Below the pieces are notes generated by a model that did no database searches, was not told the DNA's origin, and saw nothing but the letters and a program-made list of their open reading frames with translations. 64,000 nucleotides of DNA, from assembly GCF_947568905.1 (NCBI RefSeq), contig NC_079166.1, positions 52,576,001 to 52,640,000 on the forward strand, read 5' to 3'. Within the stretch, counting starts at the first letter, position 1; each line of letters opens with the position of its first letter. The translations under genes were made by a program, and so were the position numbers. This document shows positions 25,185 through 36,584 of the stretch, piece by piece. The DNA comes from Ostrea edulis. Lineage: Eukaryota.

Positions 25185-27478
25185 TCTTTTGGTGACGGAA
25201 CAAGGCCCGCTGTGGGGTTGTTATGAATCATGCGACTGTTTCTGGTGACGGAACAAGGCCCGCTGTGGGGTTGTTATGAATCATGCGACTGTTTCTGGTG
25301 ACGGAACAAGGCCCGCTGTGGGGTTGTTATGAATCATGTGACTGTTTCTGGTGACGGAACAAGGCCCGCTGTGGGGTTGTTATGAATCATGCGACTGTTT
25401 CTGGTGACGGAACAAGGTCCGCTGTGGGGTTGTTATGAATCATGCGACTGTTTCTGGTGACGGAACAAGGCCCGCTGTGGGGTTGTTATGAATCATGCGA
25501 CTGTTTCTGGTGACGGAACAAGGCCCGCTGTGGGGTTGTTATGAATCATGCGACTGTTTCTGGTGACGGAACAAGGCCCGCTGTGGGGTTGTTATGAATC
25601 ATGCGACTGTTTCTGGTGACGGAACAAGGCCCGCTGTGGGGTTGTTATGAATCATGCGACTGTTTCTGGTGACGGAACAAGGTCCGCTGTGGGGTTGTTA
25701 TGAATCATGCGACTGTTTCTGGTGACGGAACAAGGCCCGCTGTGGGGTTGTTATGAATCATGCGACTGTTTCTGGTGACGGAACAAGGCCCGCTGTGGGG
25801 TTGTTATGAATCATGTGACTGTTTCTGGTGACGGAACAAGGCCCGCTGTGGGGTTGTTATGAATCATGTGACTGTTTCTGGTGACGGAACAAGGTTCGCT
25901 GTGGGGTTGTTATGAATCATGCGACTGTTTCTGGTGACGGAACAAGGCCCGCTGTGGGGTTGTTATGAATCATGCGACTGTTTCTGGTGACGGAACAAGG
26001 CCCGCTGTGGGGTTGTTATGAATCATGCGACTGTTTCTGGTGACGGAACAAGGCCCGCTGTGGGGTTGTTATGAATCATGCGACTGTTTCTGGTGACGGA
26101 ACAAGGCCCGCTGTGGGGTTGTTATGAATCATGCGACTGTTTCTGGTGACGGAACAAGGCCCGCTGTGGGGTTGTTATGAATCATGCGACTGTTTCTGGT
26201 GACGGAACAAGGCCCGCTGTGGGGTTGTTATGAATCATGCGACTGTTTCTGGTGACGGAACAAGGCCCGCTGTGGGGTTGTTATGAATCATGCGACTGTT
26301 TCTGGTGACGGAACAAGGCCCGCTGTGGGGTTGTTATGAATCATGCAACTGTTTCTGGTGACGGAACAAGGTCCGCTGTGGGGTTGTTTCTTATGAACCA
26401 TGTGACTGTTTCTGGTGACGGAACAAGGCCCGCTGTGGGGTTGTTATGAATCATGCGACTGTTTCTGGTGACGGAACAAGGCCCGCTGTGGGGTTGTTAT
26501 GAATCATGCGACTGTTTCTGGTGACGGAACAAGGCCCGCTGTGGGGTTGTTATGAATCATGCGACTGTTTTTGGTGACGGAACAAGGCCCGCTGTGGGGT
26601 TGTTATGAATCATGCGACTGTTTCTGGTGACGGAACAAGGCCCGCTGTGGGGTTGTTATGAATCATGCGACTGTTTCTGGTGACGGAACAAGGCCCGCTG
26701 TGGGGTTGTTATGAATCATGCAACTGTTTCTGGTGACGGAACAAGGCCCGCTGTGGGGTTGTTTCTTATGAACCATGTGACTGTTTCTGGTGACGGAACA
26801 AGGCCCGCTGTGGGGTTGTTATGAATCATGCGACTGTTTCTGGTGACGGAACAAGGCCCGCTGTGGGGTTGTTATGAATCATGCGACTGTTTCTGGTGAC
26901 GGAACAAGGCCCGCTGTGGGGTTGTTATGAATCATGCGACTGTTTCTGGTGACGGAACAAGGCCCGCTGTGGGGTTGTTATGAATCATGCGACTGTTTCT
27001 GGTGACGGAACAAGGCCCGCTGTGGGGTTGTTATGAATCATGCGACTGTTTCTGGTGACGGAACAAGGCCCGCTGTGGGGTTGTTATGAATCATGTGACT
27101 GTTTCTGGTGACGGAACAAGGCCCGCTGTGGGGTTGTTATGAATCATGTGACTGTTTCTGGTGACGGAACAAGACCCGCTGTGGGGTTGTTATGAACCAT
27201 GTGACTGTTTCTGGTGACGGAACAAGGTCCGCTGTGGGGTTGTTATGAATCATGCGACTGTTTCTGGTGACGGAACAAGGCCCGCTGTGGGGTTGTTATG
27301 AACCATGTGACTGTTTCTGGTGACGGAACAAGGCCCGCTGTGGGGTTGTTATGAATCATGCGACTGTTTCTGGTGACGGAACAAGGTCCGCTGTGGGGTT
27401 GTTTCTTATGAACCATGTGACTGTTTCTGGTGACGGAACAAGGCCCGCTGTGGGGTTGTTATGAACCATGCGACTGTT
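25185..27478. repeat. Highly homogeneous 53-bp minisatellite, ~43 copies
   Basis: gtttctggtgacggaacaaggcccgctgtggggttgttatgaatcatgcgact; period 53 (25201 to 25254). Confidence 0.97.
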
Positions 27479-28011
27479 TTACCGGTGATTTACTTACCCA
27501 TTAATCTCATAGAATGTACGTCGATAACTGCAACAGTAAACTTTTCTTGACTGTGTATTACAAGATACAGGCGTCTTCCTTTTACAATATCGTCTTGGTA
27601 ACTGTATTTCCGCGGTGCAGTCCTTACATGTACACCTATCATTTTTTTCCGTTTTCAATCAAGACGTGTTTTGTATGAATTAATGCACAATAATCATCAA
27701 ATAAGGCAATTTTCAAAACTACTATATGTATCCCTTTTATCAAATTTCTGTTGTTCTAACACGGCGTCGAAAATTACGAGTTTTGGATTATTGTAATAAA
27801 TTGATAATTGCCGTGATTCAAAGTCATATCAGAGATTCATTTCATGTGAAAAGATGATGTTTGAGTAGTTTACGTTGAGTCAGTAAACATGTCTATGATA
27901 TAATGATACAGATGTTGCTCATCTTATATATGCAAATAATGTATGTAAGTAGTAATTGATGACATAATAGTTTATCGTGTTAAATAGAATTAATAAATGG
28001 AGCTTATATCC

Positions 28012-28870
28012 TTTTTATACGCCAGTCATTAGACGGTATTATGTTATGGCGCTGTCCGTGTGTCTGGCTGACTGGCTGTCCATCCGTCCGAGGTCATGTT
28101 TTCCGGACTTTTTGCCGTAATAGATGCATGTATGACTTTGAAATTTGGTCACAATTTCTCCCTCACGAAGTGCAAGAGTGGGTATATATTTCAGCTGGAT
28201 TGGTCCGCCCTTAACTTACTTTAGGGCTATACGTAGATCAAATAGTTTTCCGGGCTTTTTTCGTTACAGATACAGATATTGCCCTGAAATTTATTCATAA
28301 GCTTCCTGTCAGAGGAATACAAGTTCAGTTTGCATTTCAGCTGGATTGGCCCTACATTGGGACTAAAAGTAGGTCAAACAGTTTTCGGGCTTTTTCATTA
28401 TGAGTAGAGATGTTGCCCTGAAATTCAATCACGGGTTTTCTCTTGGAGGAATACAGGTTCAGTTCGCATTTCATCTGGATTGGTCCAACAGTTTTCCTGA
28501 CTTTTTTCATTACGGATACAGATATTGCCCTGATATTTAATTAAAGACTTCCTGTCGGGGGAATACAAGTGCAGTTAGCATTTCAGCTAAATTGGCGCAC
28601 TATGACCTACTTTAGGGGTAGAACTTTTTGGGGGGTGTGGTCACAGGTATTGCTCTGGAATTTTGTCACAACCTTCAGAGAAATGCATAATCAGTTCACA
28701 TTTCAACTTAATTGGTGATCCACGACCTACTTTAGGGTTAAAAGTAGATCAAATGGTTTCCTGGAATTTTTATCATCATAGATAGATATTGCACCGACAT
28801 TTTGTCACAACCTCCCTCTCAGAGAGTACATAATCAGTTCACATGTCAGATGGATTGGTGCACGATATTA
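28012..28870 (+). mobile_element. HINE/Helentron-like element with degenerate internal tandem repeats
   Basis: Head tttttatacgccagtc..tattatgttatggcg, GTCC/CTGG microsatellite, repeated gatattgccctgaaatt..cagttcgcatttcagctggattgg units. Confidence 0.65.
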
Positions 28871-28893
28871 ATTCAGAGTGCATACTATGCTTC

Positions 28894-29415
28894 CACCTGC
28901 ATGTGGTGTTTACATCTCTCCACTGATTCAATACACCTGCATGTGGTGTTTACATCTCTCCACTGATTCAATACACCTGCATGTGGTGTTTACATCTCTC
29001 CACTGATTCGATACGCAAGAGCTTGCTCTGCTGGTACAGAGGTTTCAACATTTGAAGTCAGCATTTCGCAAATCCTAGGTTCGTTATAACGATCTAGTTC
29101 GTGAATACAACCTATCATTGGGTCAAAAGCTGTCTGACGTGTTTCATACTGATTGTTAGGACGTTCCTGGCACACTGATTTTGACTTCGGATAACTCCGT
29201 TTACCTGATCAAGATATAGGGCTCACGGCAGGTGTGACCGGTCGACAGGGGAATGCTTACTCCTCCTAGACCCCTGATCCCACCTCTGGTGTGTCCAGGG
29301 GTCTGTGTTTGCACAACTATCTATTTTGTGTTGCTTATAGGAAAGGCGAAGATAACGAACAGTGATCAATCTCATAACTCATGAGATTGATCACTGTTCG
29401 TTATCTTCACCTTTC
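28894..29415 (+). mobile_element. Naiad-type PLE 3' fragment with 40-bp triplication at the 5' junction and terminal hairpin
   Basis: Encodes YISPLIRYARACS..RYNDLVREYNLSLGQKLSDVFHTDC*; cacctgc at 28894, 28934, 28974; inverted repeat 29341-29415. Confidence 0.82.
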
Positions 29416-29658
29416 AAGTTGAATTTCACTATCCGAAGGGCGTATGTTGTACCGATTGCGATACTCTTGTTCAAAATGTATAATTATGTTTACCGGTATC
29501 ATACGCAAAGAAAAGTGGTTCGCTCGATTTTTATGCAATTTCTTTTACAATAGAAAATCATGCAAACATCGAGCTAAAACAAACAATGTCATACGATTAT
29601 CATGATAAATTCATGTAACTATTTAGTCGTACAATAGTCAAGCTGAATTCGTTTTTCC

Positions 29659-29990
29659 TTTCACCTATAACGGCGGCTAGATACGGTCTGTAGGTTTTCA
29701 CCTATAATGACGGCTAGATACGGTCTGTAGGTTTTCACCTTTAATGACAGCTAGATACGGTCTGTAGGTTTTCACCTGTAATGACAGCTAGATAGGGTCT
29801 GTAGGTTTTCACCTGTAATGACGGCTAGATACGGTCTGTAGGTTTTCACCTGTAATGACAGCTAGATACGGTCTGTAGGTTTTCACCTGTAATGACGGCT
29901 AAATACGGTCTGTAGGTTTTCACCTGTAATGACGGCTAGATACGGTCTAATGGCTAGGTATGGTCTGATGGCTAGATACGGTCTGTAGAT
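29659..29990. repeat. 37-bp minisatellite, ~8 copies
   Basis: ggctagatacggtctgtaggttttcacctgtaatgac; ctag at 29677, 29714, 29751. Confidence 0.93.
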
Positions 29991-30494
29991 TTTCTTACTA
30001 CACACTCTCTATCTCTAATAATTCACTTCGTCCGTCAAATTTGAATACTTTTGTAGTCTTCATATTCAAAATTATGTACTTTCAGTTTTTAACCATTTAC
30101 ATTTAATAAATTGACTTGAATCGTACGTGTTGTGTGTTGTTTGTAGCAACATAGTTATTGCCATCTATGTGACCATAGTTCGTGGTTTTAAATTTGTATT
30201 TGGATAAGATTACATGAAGTTTCATTTAAAATTCCCTGACCGACATATTTGATAACAATAAAAATAGATTTAACTTTAAGTCTGTCGAAATAGAATCTCT
30301 AACTCATTGATAACTTTAAAATACCTTAAGTGAGAGAGAAGAAAGAGAAAGATAGCTTTTTAAGCCTTTCACAAAGAAGAAACACTCTATATTTCCTTAA
30401 CAAATTCGCCTAGTTAACGACATGCAAACACAAAATCATAGTACAAACTTCAATCGGCGACAGAAACGAACAATTCAAAAGTAAGTGTTGTGGC

Positions 30495-30910
30495 TTTTTA
30501 TGCTCCCGTAATCGGAGAGTCGGGACACATAGATTTTGGTCTGTCCGTTTGTCTGTTTTTCCTCAAAAAGTTTAACTTCGGTCATAACTTTTGGACACTT
30601 GGTGTAAGAGTTTTCATATTTCACATGCGTATACCTTGTGAAAAGACCTTTCATTTGGTATTAAAAGGTTTGACCTCATGACCTTGGCGCCTACATTTAA
30701 CTTTGAACATTTTACTTGGGCTTTCATATTTCACATGTGAACATGCATTCCTTTCATTTGGTACCAACATTTTTCTAACCTCATGACCTTCACGTCGGAG
30801 TTTGTCCTACTTTTGGAATACTTTAGCCTTGGCCATAACGTTTGATAGCTTAATGCTGGGCATTCATACTGGTACCAGAATTGATTTGCTGCCATATGGG
30901 GCATCATTCT
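30495..30910 (+). mobile_element. HINE/Helentron-like element
   Basis: Head ttttatgctcccg..cgggacacat hairpin, ctgtccgtttgtctg tract, ggtcataactttt..gacctcatgacc repeats, 3' ggggcat subterminal repeat. Confidence 0.65.
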
Positions 30911-31704
30911 ATTAGGTTATAAAGAAAGTGGAATGTTCCTAATTCACAAACTTAATGTGTTCGTAAAATCTGAAATAAAACATTTTTACTATTGTAATTT
31001 TTCCTGAAAAATATAGCCGACAATGTTGGTAATTTTACCATGGAATAATTCAGAATGTCTGAAGAGCGGGGCTAAACGTAGATTAACCCCGGTGGACCTT
31101 GTGTTAGTGCAGATATCTACTCCAACAGCGAATCCAGGCTGTCTCGCTTATTTATTTCGTGCACAGATTGCTGGAGCGAACTGAAAACGTAAACGGAGGA
31201 AGATCTGGTCGGTCTTTACAATAATAATGGAAATATGATTAGAGAAACTCTCTGTATCATTAATTCGATTATAGTTTAATTTGAATGTAAAACTTATACG
31301 GTACCAATTTTGATGCACCAGATGCGCATTTCGACAAATAATGTCTCTTCAGTGATGCTCAACCGAAATGTTTGAAATCCGAAATAGCTATGAAGTTTTA
31401 GAGCTAAATATAGCCAAAAACAGCGTGCCAAAAAAGTGGAGCCAAATTCGTCCAAGGATAAGAGCTATGCACAAGGGAGATAATCCTTAATTTTGAAATG
31501 AATTTCTAAATTTTATAACAGCAATTAAATATACATCCGTATTTTCAATCTAGTAACGAAGTACTAATGCTGTATGAGCGACGTTTTATTAAGTATTAAT
31601 TTATATACAGTGTAGAGGGTTCTGTACCGCAAATATTGAAGAACTAGAGTGTTAATTTGTCATTGAAAGGGTTTATATCTAATATACAGCATGGAATGAT
31701 CATG

Positions 31705-32230
31705 TTTCCCTCTTCCAGGGTGGAGACATGTTTTTTGTACTTTTTGTCCGTCTGTCAATCCATGCGTCGGTCACAAAATCTTGTGAACGCTTCTCATTCT
31801 GTAAGGCTTACTAGTAATTATCGGATAAACTTGAAACTTTGTACAATGTTTCATTGCCATTTGTAGATGTGCATGCTGTCGGGACGTGAGAATCTAATTA
31901 TTTTTCAAAAGTTAGAGTGGATCTAAGGGTGGTGGAGGATGTTAAATAGCTTGTGAACACTTCTCCTCTATCGCTTATCCGATATGCTTGAAACTTTATA
32001 CAATGCTTCATTGTTATTTGCATATGTGCATATTGCTGGGACAGGATGACCCATTTGTTATCCTTAAAATTATAGTGGATCTAATAGGGGTCACCTATAT
32101 AGCTCATCAGATAACCCTGAATTATAATTTAATGATGTTCAGATCATTCTGAACCAGGGATCTAATATTCTCCTACAATTTACAGTGGATCAAAGAGGGG
32201 TGTTTTATAGTTGTTGGTTTTTTTCACTTT
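31705..32230 (+). mobile_element. HINE-like element, degenerate
   Basis: Head hairpin atgtttccctc..ggagacatg, tccgtctgtc tract, two copies of ttgtgaac..cttgaaacttt.tacaatg.ttcattg. Confidence 0.5.
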
Positions 32231-33384
32231 CCTACTGGTACTCAGCCTAACATCATTAGTTTGTATTGTATACAACAATTACATTGGTCACGTGGGTGTT
32301 AAGTCTTTTCTCCATCTTTTTCCTTAATGCACAAAGTGCATTTCATAATGACTATGTCTCTGTCCATGCTTTCTTCTCCATATCATGCAATGCATTAAGT
32401 CTTGTTTTTCTTTTTTCTAAATTTTTCACACATGCAAATACTTCATTAGCTAGAGCCCTAGTTGTAATGATATATAACGGGTATCAAATATTTATAGCTT
32501 TGATATTTAACCTCAGAATCAATAGTGACCCTTGCATTAGATCTGGACCTTAAGTCAAAGTTCAAATTCAACAGGGGATTCAATCGTGTTTAGATAATCA
32601 ATGACAGCTGGCAGCAATATATTAATGCTTAGAAGTTTCAATGACGTTTTTAATTTCAATAGCTCAGTGATGCCCATTTAAAGGTATGAACAAATTAACA
32701 ATGTATTATCTCTTTTGTTGGGCGTTGCTGAGGTAAATATGTTTTCATGTATGTATAAATAAATGATAACATTATTCTTTTAAAATAAAAAAAAAACCAT
32801 TTTTTTTTTTTTACATTCATACAAAATAATTGAAACATTGCCGATTCTGATAAACAAACACATATGCACCCCCCGCCCCCAACCTACATGTACGGCCACG
32901 TGCTACCCTGCTAATGAAAGGTTAAATGAAAGTCTGGTGAATCCGGATCTGGATTCAGGTATTAAACGTACACAAGCTGACTTTCATCCCAGTTTATCCT
33001 CCCTGAGGGTCCACGCAATAATAAAAGCTGTTTTACAATTGTCATCATAAATCTTCTTTCGGGGTTGAAAGATTGTCCGTCAAACTTAACAGAAAGGAGG
33101 GACATTATAGCATGTACGAGTATATCCAGCATTATCCTCAAGTCAATGCAACTGCCTTCCGAAAAATGATTTTGACTTGTGTTTAAATTCTTATTCGGGA
33201 CAATTTGTAGTAATCCTGTTTTTTTTTTTAGATTATGGATAATGTTGTTTTTATAGCCTGACTAGGGATAGCTGAATGACACTGTTTTTGTATTTTGCAT
33301 GCTTGGTTCCATTATACACACCATTCATCTTTTTTCATTTCATTGTATTCAATGACTACGATGGTTGTTTTTTTTAAGTTTTAG

Positions 33385-33777
33385 CGGATGTAACTCTGCC
33401 AGAAAGTTCGTACAAAAGTACCGCATGCTCCACACCATCGGGGTCCCCTGTTTCTCTAAACTGTAGTACGTCATTAAATGATGCTGATATCATAGCGATA
33501 TCTTCATTCAAAGCTATAGCGAAGAAACAGAGCAGTGTGTGTCTCCGCAGTGGAGGCTGCTGTCATCACAGCGAGACAGCGGACTGTGTTTTCCCGTACT
33601 ATAATGTCCGAAATCCAGCGGAGAGTTTTGAGTTGTATCAGGAGTGCATGGGACACGAAAGAATGTGCCGTCATCCAGTCAGAGTACCGCGGATTCCTAC
33701 TCCACAGGAATGTCTTAACATAATGCTCTATCCGTCAGATATTGAATTTGTGGAAGTTCAATATTATTGCATAAAGC
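33385..33777 (+). CDS. Gene C 10-Cys SUEL-like exon
   Basis: ttttag| acceptor, AAGC|gtaagt donor, 393 nt open; ends VEVQYYCIK. Confidence 0.85.
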
Positions 33778-36226
33778 GTAAGTTGATTACTACCATGCTA
33801 AAAATGATTTTATTCTTTCATTATATTAGAACAATTCCGTATGCTTAGGTTAGCATAAAATATTTATCTTTTGATAATGTAAGTTTGCTATCTATTGTTA
33901 TTAATATTTTATTCATTTATAAAGCGCAAAATTACAAATAGTTTCTATTTTGATTTTATTATTGATTTTGTTTAGGATATTGATCTCGATGATTTATATG
34001 TTGTTTTATTTGATTGAATTTTTTGCGGAAACAATCCTTGAACCACAAATTTGCAAAAAATAGCTGACTTCGGGGAAAAGGTGCGATAAAATGTAATTTT
34101 TAAGATGTGTATAAGAATGTAAATTTGTTCACAATTTTTTAAGTATTCTTTTTCATAGACGACAAAATAACCAGTCTACGTCCAGGAAAACACTACACGG
34201 ACCAGTATCAGATGGTGTATTCTCAAACAACGGATTATCCTTTATCATCTGGAAGTTTGGAAGAAGTTTGGTGTGAAGTGTCGTCGACTGGTGCCATTTT
34301 AAAACTTATTGCTATGGATGTTCAACTGAAAAACAGTGATATTTTATCAGTTAAAAACACCCGTACATGTGCCAGTTTGTATACATTTCCCAGGTCATAT
34401 ACAAATAAGTACAAGCTAAAAGACGTTGCAAACTTGACGAACAATGTGTATTTGCATTATAGAGGATACGGAAGGTTTTGGGTTGGATTTCTATGTACGT
34501 TAACTGATTCCTCTTTACGCTTCACCATAGTCAATCTTGATACTTGCATATCTCTGTAATTTGTAGAAATATTAAACTATGATGATTGGCTTTTTTGCAG
34601 CAAGAAATTATAGGATTTCAATAAATTGCGGAATATCTGTTGATAACAGTTGTAAAAAGAGGGATCTATCTACCATATCAAGATCTGATCAGAAGGAAAA
34701 AGCAACAAAAGACGAAAAAAGTTTGTAATGTTGATAATTTATCGCAGTTTTCTTTAGCTATTTCGAGGTTTGTATTTCAAACGTCTTATCCATTTCCTAT
34801 ATTCTTGTATCTTATTTCGTATATGAATTATTAAGAATTTCAGACTCTAAGCCTAATAAATGGTTGAAATAACATATTATTCAAGCTTAAGGAGTTATGG
34901 TGAAATGATACAAAATAAGATATTTTCATTCAACATTATGTTATTAGTTTATTTATGATCTAATGCTGATATTAACAAATGTGTACGTAGATTTTTTTCT
35001 AACGCTAAAAAGGTATGCACAATTTGTAGGAAATACCTATATCGCACATAGTGAAAATGTATGCGTTTAAAGCTCAGAGATTGAGTCCTTTTTTTAACCG
35101 AAACTCCTTACACAGTGTAACCATGAACAAAGAAAGGTATCGACCTCTGGCCTTGATAAAACACTATCCACTCACATCAAACGCCCAAGAAATAGTTTTA
35201 AAATTCGTTATCTACAGGTCGCCATGCATATAGTAATGTATGCCGAAATTCAAGTCACGGGGTCTTAAAAAAGCAGATTTACGCCATCATTTTGGCGATT
35301 TCACCTGTTTATTTTTACTCGGACATATACCGGTTCAGGTCATCCAATGAGTTTTCCCATACGACCACAGCAAAATTCAGACAAGTGGGAAATATTTCGC
35401 ATCTATTGTACGGAATTTCACATCAAACCTATGCTACTCATTCATATTTCAACAAAGTTCTCTATGTATGCTAAATCTGGTCTTGATAATCTGAGCATGT
35501 TTACTTTTTACCGATAAATTTACTACTGATGTACATATGTATGTATATTTCAGTTGACTTATGGTGGATTGCACTAATCATTGCGCTGATTTTGGGCACT
35601 GTTATTGCAGTGTATTTCTATAAGAGGCACAAGGATGAACAAAAAGTAATGTTTTATTTGATTATGGAAATAGCATCATGTTGACATATAATCATACCTC
35701 TAAATTTTCTTTTAAAATTATTGATTTATGTTCCAAGATTTTTAAAGCAAATGGCATGGTATTTAACTTATATATAACTGTAAATATCATTTTAGTTAAA
35801 GTTAAATATGTATTTATATTTCTATGGTATTATATTTATCTTATACAAAATCACGATTTTCATTTCTTTTTCTACAGTGATATGATAATTGTATATACAT
35901 GTAATGTGTCTATGTTGTGTTTATTTATTTTAATTTCTTTTCTTCTTTTTTACATTTTTGTAATATCATAATTCTTTCAGATAAAAGTGGAGAGCGGCGA
36001 TTTACAATACCAGTATCCCGACCCTGCCGACATATTCGCAGTTACCCCTGCTGAAACAAACTTAATCGCCCCAATCAATTTGTTTGTACCCAAAGACCGA
36101 AATAACGCACAAGCAAAAATAAACAAAAATAAAGAGAACGAGGCTGATACCACTAAAACTGATGATGACGAACGAAAGAAACCGAGGAAGAGCAGATCTG
36201 AAAACGGAGAACAAGCTATCATATAG
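33385..36226 (+). CDS. Gene C: third paralogue. Exons 33385-33777, 34159-34494, 34601-34720, 35554-35645, 35981-36226; first (signal) exon unresolved
   Basis: Five GT-AG exons in one open frame (phases 1,1,1,0). Confidence 0.82.
34159..34494 (+). CDS. Gene C CUB-like exon
   Basis: tttcatag| acceptor, CTAT|gtacgt donor; motifs TTDYP, VWCEV, MDVQL, GRFWVGF. Confidence 0.85.
34601..34720 (+). CDS. Gene C linker/stalk exon (SRNYRISINCGISVDNSCKKRDLS..)
   Basis: ttttttgcag| acceptor, AAAA|gtttgt donor, phase 1-1. Confidence 0.72.
35554..35645 (+). CDS. Gene C TM exon (DLWWIALIIALILGTVIAVYFYKRHKDEQK)
   Basis: atttcag| acceptor, AAAA|gtaatg donor, phase 1-0. Confidence 0.85.
35981..36226 (+). CDS. 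Gene C last exon, cytoplasmic tail
   Basis: attctttcag| acceptor, IKVESG..DPADIFAVTPAETNLIAP..EQAII*. Confidence 0.83.
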   Translation: MKVESGDLQYQYPDPADIFAVTPAETNLIAPINLFVPKDRNNAQAKINKNKENEADTTKTDDDERKKPRKSRSENGEQAII

Positions 36227-36584
36227 GAAATAGAAACCCTAATGAAAGAAAAAATGGTTTATAGAAATTAAACATTTTTATTTTTCATTGTGTTTTCCAT
36301 CGGATGACAAAAGTAATGATTAAAATAGCTTACTTTTCTTGACACTCATTTCATGTGTCTTCATTATTTCATAAGAGACATTTGACAGTGACAAAATATA
36401 CTGTTAAGATGTGATAAAAATTTATTCAAACTACTGAAAAAAAGTAATGGACCATTAAACTATTTGCTGAAATGGACAGGCATGTTATTTTGTCTTCATC
36501 TGCAAAAAAATGGTGTAATTGCTCAAAACAATATGTATAGGATGATTCAAGAGAGTTAAACAGTACAACATCTACTTAATACTG

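Noticed and set aside
25185-27478. 53-bp array as a CRISPR array
   Set aside because: Units are contiguous near-identical monomers with no unique spacers; eukaryotic context; no cas genes
31290-31565. Segment resembling a common bivalve interspersed repeat
   Set aside because: No termini, TSD, coding motif or second copy in the window to support a class
32266-32553. Hydrophobic 95-aa ORF as gene C signal exon
   Set aside because: No in-phase donor; hydrophobicity comes from the antisense of an A-rich stretch
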